From a virus (taxonomy: Duplodnaviria; Caudoviricetes), in the IMG/VR virus record IMGVR_UViG_3300010160_000059, positions 1 to 53,372 of that record: 53,372 bases of DNA. One strand, written 5' to 3'. The position numbers and the translations under genes are program-made. Of this stretch, positions 17,750-25,693 are shown in pieces (within the stretch, counting starts at the first letter, position 1; every line of letters starts with the position of its first letter). The notes beneath the pieces were generated by a model. That model did no database searches. It was not told the DNA's origin and was given only the letters and a program-made list of their open reading frames with translations.

Positions 17750-17855
17750 ACTGTATTTAGTGCCGGTAACTTTATCCGGCGCACACTACGCGGTGCAGTT
17801 CAATTGCGCGGACGCCTATAACCGTGACGACTAACGTGCCCTAAGGTGGGTTCTT
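17750..17855 (-). ncRNA. Candidate structured cis-regulatory RNA (SAM-V/SAM-II-like pseudoknot, tentative)
   Basis: GC-rich island in AT-rich DNA; stems GCCGG/CCGGC, GCAC/GTGC, GCGCA/TGCGC, GGCG/CGCC and ACTG/CAGT, the last abutting the ATG. Confidence 0.4.
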
Positions 17856-18487
17856 AAATATTCTTCTGTTTTATCAGTATATATACCTGTGACCTGTAAA
17901 GTTGCCCTAGGTACATGCCCTGCATTGGCAGTAGAATGCGGTACATTCATCCAATCAAAAGTAGTTACAGAGCCTGCTTCCCAGCGTGACCACATATAAT
18001 TACCATAACTCCAAAAATGTCCCATTTGCCAATCTGTTAATTGTATAAAATATCGTACTACTCGGTTAGGATCTGCTGGCATCCATTTTTCTAATTTATC
18101 TAAGTGCAGATTCCAAACTTGTCCCGGATGCTGAACATGTATGCGTGCCATGCATGAATCAAGACCAAATTGATCTGCAATGTTTTGAAACACAGGTGCT
18201 AGTTCGTAATTTAAATTTGTTACTATATAATCTTTACTCATACCATACGATTCTAAATCGTATTCTTCACGATCGTGTTCTTCACTGCTACGAACCTTTG
18301 TATCGTTGGGTTTGCCCCTTGTACGCCATGTTACAGGTTTACTAGATTCTATTGCAGCCGCAAGTTCTACTTCCCAGTTCGGTTCTATATGTCCTAAACG
18401 TTCTACTCTATCCCATTTTGGATTCCAACGTTCTGTATTAAAGTGGTACTGGCTACGCTGTTTAGTGAGTTCCCAATTTGAGTTCAT
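17831..18487 (-). CDS. 2OG-Fe(II) oxygenase-like (AspH-type) protein
   Basis: PGQVWNLHLD (HxD), VPHSTANAG (distal H) and PRATLQVTG (R) motifs. Confidence 0.8.
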   Translation of the reverse strand: MNSNWELTKQRSQYHFNTERWNPKWDRVERLGHIEPNWEVELAAAIESSKPVTWRTRGKPNDTKVRSSEEHDREEYDLESYGMSKDYIVTNLNYELAPVFQNIADQFGLDSCMARIHVQHPGQVWNLHLDKLEKWMPADPNRVVRYFIQLTDWQMGHFWSYGNYMWSRWEAGSVTTFDWMNVPHSTANAGHVPRATLQVTGIYTDKTEEYLRTHLRAR

Positions 18488-19104
18488 ATTACTTTTACCC
18501 TTACATCACTTACTACATATTCTTGTGTGTATTCTAAAGGTGGAGGTTCAATACCTAGTAACGATGCTAATTCACAATTGGTGTTGGGTACTTTACCATT
18601 ATGATGCCAATATGCATCTAGTATATCCTGGTTTTGTTCGCTGATGATGTTAGACATTGTACGTAAATCTTTATAGTACTTATCGTATTTAGGATAGGTA
18701 ATGTTGAAATGCCCACACTTAACCCACCAACCTAAACAAGCATCATTACCGCGATGTACTAATATAATAGGACAGTCAGGCCAATGTTCTTTTAAGAAAT
18801 TAATGTTATGTGCAAAGATATGGCTTTTAATAATACGTATGCCGTGTCCTGTAAATGGCCTATCAAATTCTTCTTCACATTGTTCTTTAGTATGAACATC
18901 TAAGTTATCAAAAAAATCCCCAAACTCCATACCAGGGTCAAAGTATGCACCTAAGTGCATTAACTCCATCTTGCCACTAGCATCATGGTGATATGTGCGT
19001 TCATCACTATAATCAGTTTGATCTAAACTAGGGCTATAATAGATGTTTTTAACTACACTACTCCATTTACTGCCTGGAGCACCGGCTACAAATATATATT
19101 TCAT
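18484..19104 (-). CDS. Sulfotransferase/kinase-like P-loop protein
   Basis: IFVAGAPGSKWSSV, IIKSH and IILVHR align with the sulfotransferase-fold pattern; the PAPS-binding residues are atypical. Confidence 0.6.
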   Translation of the reverse strand: MKYIFVAGAPGSKWSSVVKNIYYSPSLDQTDYSDERTYHHDASGKMELMHLGAYFDPGMEFGDFFDNLDVHTKEQCEEEFDRPFTGHGIRIIKSHIFAHNINFLKEHWPDCPIILVHRGNDACLGWWVKCGHFNITYPKYDKYYKDLRTMSNIISEQNQDILDAYWHHNGKVPNTNCELASLLGIEPPPLEYTQEYVVSDVRVKVI

Positions 19105-19676
19105 AATTTATTAATTAAATCTAGTATGTATTTTCTAGTGTGACGATTGACTTCACGTTCTGGATGCCAACCTACACATAACATTCTAGTTAATTTATTT
19201 AACGTCAATTCTACCACCCCAGAAGAATCTTGTTGTAATATTTCAAAGCCGGGCGCTACTTTATCTATCATGATACTATGATGACAAGTAACTTCAAAAT
19301 TAGATAATTTTACTTTTACACCGTCGTATGGATTCTCCATGCGTACATGTGTACCGCCTGATATGTAATTTATAAAGTGTGAACCTCTACATATACCAAC
19401 TACAGGTAAACTTCTATCCCAGCAGGACTCAATCAATTTCTTTTCATATTCATCACGCAATGGGTAATGATTGTCGCGCCATGTTTTAATTCCAAGCATA
19501 TCATTACCACCTGTTAATATAACTAAGTCTAAGTTATCAACATAGCATTCAGTGTCATAGCAACTTAATGGTATGATTCTATGTCCTTTTAGAAAATCAT
19601 ACCATTCGTGATTAAGTGCCGCATGCCACGTATCACGCAGCTTGCGGGTCATTTCCATACTTATACCGATGTTCAT
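19101..19676 (-). CDS. Class I glutamine amidotransferase / peptidase C26 (gamma-glutamyl hydrolase-like)
   Basis: ILTGGND, VGICRG (catalytic Cys) and VGWHPE (His-Glu). Confidence 0.9.
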   Translation of the reverse strand: MNIGISMEMTRKLRDTWHAALNHEWYDFLKGHRIIPLSCYDTECYVDNLDLVILTGGNDMLGIKTWRDNHYPLRDEYEKKLIESCWDRSLPVVGICRGSHFINYISGGTHVRMENPYDGVKVKLSNFEVTCHHSIMIDKVAPGFEILQQDSSGVVELTLNKLTRMLCVGWHPEREVNRHTRKYILDLINKL

Positions 19677-20635
19677 TCTGGTTTAATCTTTGCTGCAAAT
19701 GGTTGCCATTGTTGACGTAATTTACGCATACTATCACGTATACCTTCTGCATTATGCTCACTTGGTGTTATGAATATATAGTTTTTGTCAAACTGTTCTT
19801 TTACCTCATTGCTACGGATAGCAGGAACAAAGTTTTCTTTGTACCACTGTTGTACATCAAGTGGAGTACCTTTTGGTAACATCAAGTTCCAGCAAGCATA
19901 GACATTTAGACCGGGTATGTAGTCTTTCATTAATGGAACTGTTTCTAAACCAGTTATCTTAGATTCACTAGCTAGTCCAATAAGTTTAATTTTACCTGCT
20001 TGTACCATTGGTGCTCCAACTGCAATAGGGAACACACCAAACTCTACGTGTCCACCTAACACATCTTGCATTGCTTGTGCAGGGCCTTTATACAGTATAG
20101 TCTCAACTGTATCTTTTGTAGGTTTTACACCTGCTACAAAGTATTCAACTGCTAACTTATGTGCAGCACCACCTACAGCAAATGTAATTGGACGTTTACC
20201 TGCACGTACCTCTGCAATGAGTGTTTGCGGAGTATCAACTGTAGCAGAATTTCTAGCATAAAATGCTAATGGGCTTTTACCTATGTTAGCAACACCTTCC
20301 CACGCCATTGCATCAAACTTTACTGTATCTGGATACCAAATTTCTGCTGTTACAAATGTTGATTGACAGCTTGGCATAGCAACGTGATAACCATCTGCGG
20401 GTAGTGTGTTGAAATGGGTCATGCCTATGTTGCCGTCTGCTCCGGGTTTATAATCGGGTGCCCATTTAAATGATGGGTTCTTTTCTTCTACAATTTTTGC
20501 TACTATGCGAAAACTGATTTCATTCCCAGCGCCTGGACCATTTGGAAATATAACTGTTATAGGTTTAGTAGGTTGCCATGCAAAAGCTAAAATTGGGAAT
20601 AGTAATAATAATATTAAAAGTTTTTTCATTGTCAT
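19673..20635 (-). CDS. Bug/TctC family tripartite tricarboxylate transporter substrate-binding protein
   Basis: Signal peptide; PTKPITVIFPNGPGAG, KPGADGNIG, PADGY, YKGPAQAMQDVLGGHV, GKIKLIG and PKGTP motifs. Confidence 0.92.
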   Translation of the reverse strand: MTMKKLLILLLLFPILAFAWQPTKPITVIFPNGPGAGNEISFRIVAKIVEEKNPSFKWAPDYKPGADGNIGMTHFNTLPADGYHVAMPSCQSTFVTAEIWYPDTVKFDAMAWEGVANIGKSPLAFYARNSATVDTPQTLIAEVRAGKRPITFAVGGAAHKLAVEYFVAGVKPTKDTVETILYKGPAQAMQDVLGGHVEFGVFPIAVGAPMVQAGKIKLIGLASESKITGLETVPLMKDYIPGLNVYACWNLMLPKGTPLDVQQWYKENFVPAIRSNEVKEQFDKNYIFITPSEHNAEGIRDSMRKLRQQWQPFAAKIKPE

Positions 20636-20642
20636 CTCCTTA

Positions 20643-20672
20643 TATAAATATTAACAACTAGTATTATTTATT
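20643..20672. promoter_or_regulatory. Face-to-face late promoters for the Bug operon and the methyltransferase
   Basis: TATAAATA on + (20643-50) and AATAAATA on - (20672-65), 14 bp apart. Confidence 0.55.
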
Positions 20673-20713
20673 CCATAATACAGAAAAAAATATTAAATTA
20701 TCAAAAAAATCTT

Positions 20714-21442
20714 ATGAACACAAAAATTTTTAACCTAATCAAAGAAAATTTAGAACTTGCGTTTAATTTACCCAAGTATAATAAAATTTCTATCACTGAG
20801 GATACAATTGTAGAACAGTTACCCTGGACACCCGCACGATACTCAAAGTTTAAGGATGCTGTAGAAGCTGAATTAAGTCTACCATGCGAATACACAGGAA
20901 CATTACGCAATATAGTAGCAGATTTATCTGAACGTTATATTTTACGTTTCTTTAGTGAGATATGGAAACCACGCACAGGTGACTATGAACATACCGGATG
21001 GGAACTTGCTGATGAAATCAACAAGTTAAACCCAGAAAAAGTATTAGATGTTGGGTGCGGATATCATCCATTCAAAGGTCGTATACATAATATTATTGGA
21101 ATAGACCCATACAACAACTGTGCTGACTATGAAGTAGATATACTAGATTATAAAGTCAAGCCTGCAAGTTATGATGTTATCATAGCGTTGGGTAGTATTA
21201 ACTTCAACAGCAAAGATGAAATTGAAAGACGATTCAGCCATTGTGTAGATTTACTTAAGACTGGTGGAAAGTTTTATCTACGTGCAAATCCAGGGATAAC
21301 TCATAAGACTGGACCTTATGTAGAAATATTTCCCTGGACGTTTGAAGTTATAAATGAGTTTGCTGAAAAGTACAATTTAAAATTAGAAACGTTTAAGCGT
21401 GATGCTAATGATAGATTATACTTTGTATATACTAAACTTTAA
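20714..21442 (+). CDS. SAM-dependent methyltransferase with N-terminal acyl-carrier-like domain
   Basis: VLDVGCG, IGIDPY, YDVIIALGS and LKTGGKFY motifs; the first ~75 aa follow an ACP-like helix pattern. Confidence 0.82.
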   Translation: MNTKIFNLIKENLELAFNLPKYNKISITEDTIVEQLPWTPARYSKFKDAVEAELSLPCEYTGTLRNIVADLSERYILRFFSEIWKPRTGDYEHTGWELADEINKLNPEKVLDVGCGYHPFKGRIHNIIGIDPYNNCADYEVDILDYKVKPASYDVIIALGSINFNSKDEIERRFSHCVDLLKTGGKFYLRANPGITHKTGPYVEIFPWTFEVINEFAEKYNLKLETFKRDANDRLYFVYTKL

Positions 21443-22254
21443 TCTGCATTCTTTCCGCATTTAGTACGTTTAGCATTTGTAAGTGCTCCGAAATCTACAG
21501 GCCATTCTTGTCCTGGATTGAGTTCTTTGTATCCCGGTGGAAGTGCATATATCACACCTGCTTCGGTTTGAATCTGTGAAACTGGAATACGAAACGCTTT
21601 GAGATCATTACCTAAATTGGGATAAGGTGCAACATGGGGGAAACGCCAGCCTGCAACTTCTTTGGTTGTGTTATTAATAACAATTTTATAATATCCATGA
21701 GGAACAATTACACCATTTCCTATTCTTTTATCGCCAGCACCGTAAAATGCACCAACAAAGATTGTAAATGGTTGGTTTAATTGAACTGTCCAACCACGAA
21801 CACTAGTTTCTAATAGTTTCCAGATTCCTCTATTTAATGATCCTGCTTGTGGATACATATTAGTCATTAAGAAACTTTCGTACTCTACAATTTGACTCCA
21901 ACTTAGATCGCCGTCTGGAGCAGCATGTCCTTTGTCATAGCCTGTGCCAGCATAGTCATCTGGACGAGCACCGCCCTGTATGCTTTGATCTACAACAAAA
22001 GCATTTGTGCGCGGCCAGCATCCTATAGCATTTTGTGGTAGCAATGTATATGCTACATATATTGGAATCTTGACAGGAGCATCATATGCTACTAAGTATG
22101 CTTCACGGCAGATAGGCTGTGCTGCTCGTTGGGTAGTGGCAAATCCGTATGGGCTATGTACTTGACATGCGACCGGTTGTAATGGAGCACGTTGGTCCCA
22201 GGCTTGTGCCAATCCTGCTACGAATAGCAGAGCAATTATTAATAGTTTTTTCAT
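21439..22254 (-). CDS. Secreted DNA/RNA non-specific endonuclease (NucA/EndoG family)
   Basis: Signal peptide (AQA|W); GYDKGH, ESFLMTNMYPQ, LNRGIWKLLE and VPHGYYKIV motifs. Confidence 0.93.
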   Translation of the reverse strand: MKKLLIIALLFVAGLAQAWDQRAPLQPVACQVHSPYGFATTQRAAQPICREAYLVAYDAPVKIPIYVAYTLLPQNAIGCWPRTNAFVVDQSIQGGARPDDYAGTGYDKGHAAPDGDLSWSQIVEYESFLMTNMYPQAGSLNRGIWKLLETSVRGWTVQLNQPFTIFVGAFYGAGDKRIGNGVIVPHGYYKIVINNTTKEVAGWRFPHVAPYPNLGNDLKAFRIPVSQIQTEAGVIYALPPGYKELNPGQEWPVDFGALTNAKRTKCGKNAD

Positions 22255-22283
22255 GGTAGTCCTTTAAACTACCAGTATTTATG

Positions 22284-25200
22284 TTATCTACGTACAAAAT
22301 GATAGTCACCATCAGGACCGTTATTACTAAACAATCCCAAGCAGTCATATCCTATTGAATCCATATAAGCAATTACAGTATCCTTTAGTGGTGCGCCCTT
22401 ATTATATTCTACTATCTGTAATTCTAATATAATATGCTTGGCTGTTTTAATAGTTTCCTGAGCACCTTTAAGCACATCTAATTCTGCACCTTGTACATCC
22501 ATTTTAATTAGATCAGGTGTAGGAAATTGTTTAAGATTTACTATAGCATCTAACGTAATAGTTCTAAGTTTTCTTAAATATTTTTCTGCATATAAATGTG
22601 CTGCTGCTGGTTGTATTTCTGCATTTTCTCTGTAATAACTATTGCCGCCAGGGGCTTCATCGTTTTGATAGAAATCTACTTCCCTACCGCTTTCATTACT
22701 TAACACACCTATGTGGTATTTTATACCTGCTTCTTGATATAAGAATTCATGTACATCTGCTGCTTCAAATGCAATTACTTCTGCTTCAGGCCAAATCTTT
22801 CTAACTCGATCTGTCCAATGTAGCACACATGCACCAATGTCATATATAACTTTTGGTTCTAATCCTTCATTTTTTAATTTGTTTAGATATTCTATATGAG
22901 GAGGTGGAAACGGATATGGATCACGTAGGTCTCTTAAAAATTGTTTAATATCAACTACTTCTGATGTTGTGTTTATTACCGGTATAGTAGTATCTACATT
23001 AAATGTAAAACTTCCTGTATGTCTACATAATATAGTAGGATCTGCCCAAATTGTAAATCCATTGTCTCTTGCTTTTCTACAGAAATCAACATCTTCAGAT
23101 ACTGTATCATTCATACTTAATGCACTATAATATTTAAACTGGGGATATCCTATTTTACGCATAACTTCTGCTTTAACAAGAGCACATCCAAATCCACATC
23201 CTGCAACTTCCACTAATGGTCTTCCTTTTAATTTTCCATAAGGCATATTAGCAACACCACCAGTTGGGGTATGTTCATATATTTCTAAAATGTGCTGCCC
23301 GGGTTTACGCTGTATGTATAATCCACTTACAACATCTTTATCATATGCTAACATTTTAGATAATGTATCTGGTGCAAATGCAATATCACTATCTACTGAA
23401 AATAGATAATCGTAGCCTTTAACAACCCAGTCTGCAATTAGATTACGTACTTGATCTATATTATATCCGTAAAAATATTGAAATGTTGTTTCATATCCAT
23501 CGGGTACTATTAAATCATATATACTTTTATATGTATCTGGTTCAATATTTTTAGCCGTTGGGATTGCTATAAGTATTGTTTTTTTTTGTTGATTCATTTT
23601 ATTAACTATCTCTCTTGCATTTTTATTTTGCTCATCTCCGTTAACTTTATAATCATTTAATGGACTAGCATCGTTATAATTATATACAATATCTGTTATA
23701 CATTTTACCTTGTTAGGATCAGCGGCTTCTATTAATGCATAAAATACGCTGCCATCACCACCTGCCTTATACCAATTACCATTTGAATCTTTAAATTGAT
23801 CGTCGTTAATTGTATTGAGCAAACTCTTTTTAAATGTTCTTAAATGTGTATAGGGTAATATCCAATTGAAGTGATGATTCCTGTATGATTTATTTTGTTT
23901 TACTGATTCAGGATATGGTTGACTAATTAAAGGAATATCATCAACCATGCTCCAACATGATCCATATGTGAATTCTGTGGTGCCATCATATATAGAATTG
24001 TAATAGGATAACACAGTATTGTCACTAATTAAACTATCATCTCCATCAAGCAGTATTACTATGCTATCATCACTTATCAGAGTTCTAATATTTTGTATTT
24101 GATTCCTAACTGCACCTAAATTTTCACTGTTAGATATAACAGTGACTTTGTTTCTAACATCCTCAGGCAACACTTTTAATGTTTCTAATATAACCTTAAT
24201 AGAATCATCAGTGCTTGCATCGTCAATTAAAATGTGTTGATAATTATCATAATCTTGCGATGCTACACTTATTATACAACAAGATATATAATTAGCACAA
24301 TTATAGAAAGGACTAATTATCGCTATACTTTGTTCATTGCCTGATTTATAATTTTCTAGTTCAATTGTATTAGTAAATCTTCTATTCCAAACTTTATGTA
24401 CTCTACGATTAATTTTTGATACAGCACGGTATTCATCTCTAGGCAAATATTTTCCTAGTTTATATACCATAAATTGTTTCCACTGTAACGCTACACTATC
24501 CCATCCTGCAATATCTTTTACAATATTACAATAATATTGTTTTTGTTGATGTAGATATTTGTTATGATATGCTTGTATGGTTAAATTTACAAACTTGTCA
24601 ATTTGATCAGGTGAGTTTATGTCTGGAAATAATCCATTAGGCTCAACAGCATAATCCATTAGATAACATGCACCTTCTAAAGCAATCTCTTCTAATGCAC
24701 CAAATCTACAGGTAATTATAGGAGTATTATATAGTAGACTTTCTAGTGATGATATTCCAAATGTCTCTGGAAAGATTGCAGGATATATCATATAACTAGC
24801 AGATGTTAATATATCTGCAATTTCTTTTTGCGATATAACTCCTGTATATTCTATGTTTAGTTCTTGATTTCTTGGGTCAGCGGACATTACTCGCCAATCT
24901 TTTTCTTGTTGGTCGGGTTCTGAACTTTCACTAAATCTGTAATAGCCGCCTATAACTTTTAATCTTGCACTGGGTATATGTGCTTTAACACGTGGCCATA
25001 TCTGTTTAATTAGCGGAACCATACCTTTGGTTACACTAGCATTGTAAACAAACAGGTTAGGATCTTTGGCTTTTATATCAATTTCTGTTTTGTAATTTCG
25101 AGCACCATTACGTGTGATAAACATTTTGCGTTTTAGTACTTCAAAATTACGTCGACGTCCGTGATTGCAATTTGCTACGTATGTTAAATGAAAATCACTA

Positions 25201-25655
25201 AGAGTAAAGATGTCAGTGATACGATTTGCTGTTGCAAGTTCTTCTATAAGATTATCTCCGAGACAAAATGTATCATGCATCCATAATATACGCATTTTGG
25301 CTCGACTAACAATTCTATCATATAAATTCATACTTTGGAAAGGCATAGCCCGTCCGTCACCTAATTTATGATAGTCTTCGGGTTTAGTAAAAGGAATCAC
25401 TGTTCTAGAACTTATAACAATATCAAATTCATGATCTAGTGCTAGATCATTAAGTGGACGATATTCTACTCCGTTATAGTTACCTGCCTGAGCATGATCA
25501 ATTCCGCAGTTGTTAAAAACAGTAACTGAGAACCCAATATTATTAAGTTCTCTGGACATAAGGGTAACTGCACTTTCGCTGCCACCTAGTCCTTGATTAT
25601 CTACGGTATTACCATCGTACGGTATACCAATTATGTCTATAATAGCAAGTTTCAT
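22284..25655 (-). CDS. Multidomain glycosyltransferase: GT-B (GT4-like) + GT2 + GT-A + FkbM methyltransferase
   Basis: LGGSE and FPETFGISSLE (GT4); IISPFYN/IDDASTD/LDGDD (GT2); VDSDI/GCGFG/SEDVDFC (GT-A); YDIGA/IKMDVQGAE (FkbM). Confidence 0.9.
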   Translation of the reverse strand: MKLAIIDIIGIPYDGNTVDNQGLGGSESAVTLMSRELNNIGFSVTVFNNCGIDHAQAGNYNGVEYRPLNDLALDHEFDIVISSRTVIPFTKPEDYHKLGDGRAMPFQSMNLYDRIVSRAKMRILWMHDTFCLGDNLIEELATANRITDIFTLSDFHLTYVANCNHGRRRNFEVLKRKMFITRNGARNYKTEIDIKAKDPNLFVYNASVTKGMVPLIKQIWPRVKAHIPSARLKVIGGYYRFSESSEPDQQEKDWRVMSADPRNQELNIEYTGVISQKEIADILTSASYMIYPAIFPETFGISSLESLLYNTPIITCRFGALEEIALEGACYLMDYAVEPNGLFPDINSPDQIDKFVNLTIQAYHNKYLHQQKQYYCNIVKDIAGWDSVALQWKQFMVYKLGKYLPRDEYRAVSKINRRVHKVWNRRFTNTIELENYKSGNEQSIAIISPFYNCANYISCCIISVASQDYDNYQHILIDDASTDDSIKVILETLKVLPEDVRNKVTVISNSENLGAVRNQIQNIRTLISDDSIVILLDGDDSLISDNTVLSYYNSIYDGTTEFTYGSCWSMVDDIPLISQPYPESVKQNKSYRNHHFNWILPYTHLRTFKKSLLNTINDDQFKDSNGNWYKAGGDGSVFYALIEAADPNKVKCITDIVYNYNDASPLNDYKVNGDEQNKNAREIVNKMNQQKKTILIAIPTAKNIEPDTYKSIYDLIVPDGYETTFQYFYGYNIDQVRNLIADWVVKGYDYLFSVDSDIAFAPDTLSKMLAYDKDVVSGLYIQRKPGQHILEIYEHTPTGGVANMPYGKLKGRPLVEVAGCGFGCALVKAEVMRKIGYPQFKYYSALSMNDTVSEDVDFCRKARDNGFTIWADPTILCRHTGSFTFNVDTTIPVINTTSEVVDIKQFLRDLRDPYPFPPPHIEYLNKLKNEGLEPKVIYDIGACVLHWTDRVRKIWPEAEVIAFEAADVHEFLYQEAGIKYHIGVLSNESGREVDFYQNDEAPGGNSYYRENAEIQPAAAHLYAEKYLRKLRTITLDAIVNLKQFPTPDLIKMDVQGAELDVLKGAQETIKTAKHIILELQIVEYNKGAPLKDTVIAYMDSIGYDCLGLFSNNGPDGDYHFVRR

Positions 25656-25664
25656 ATGCTATTA

Positions 25665-25692
25665 ATTATACATTCTTTAATCCCAAGGTCAA
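25665..25692 (-). promoter_or_regulatory. sigma70-type promoter for the glycosyltransferase gene
   Basis: TTGACC-16 bp-TATAAT in the intergenic gap. Confidence 0.55.
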
Positions 25693-25693
25693 A

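Noticed and set aside
17825-17855. TTAGGGCACGTTA as a pistol ribozyme core
   Set aside because: No complementary CCCTAA pseudoknot partner or P1 helix on the same strand.
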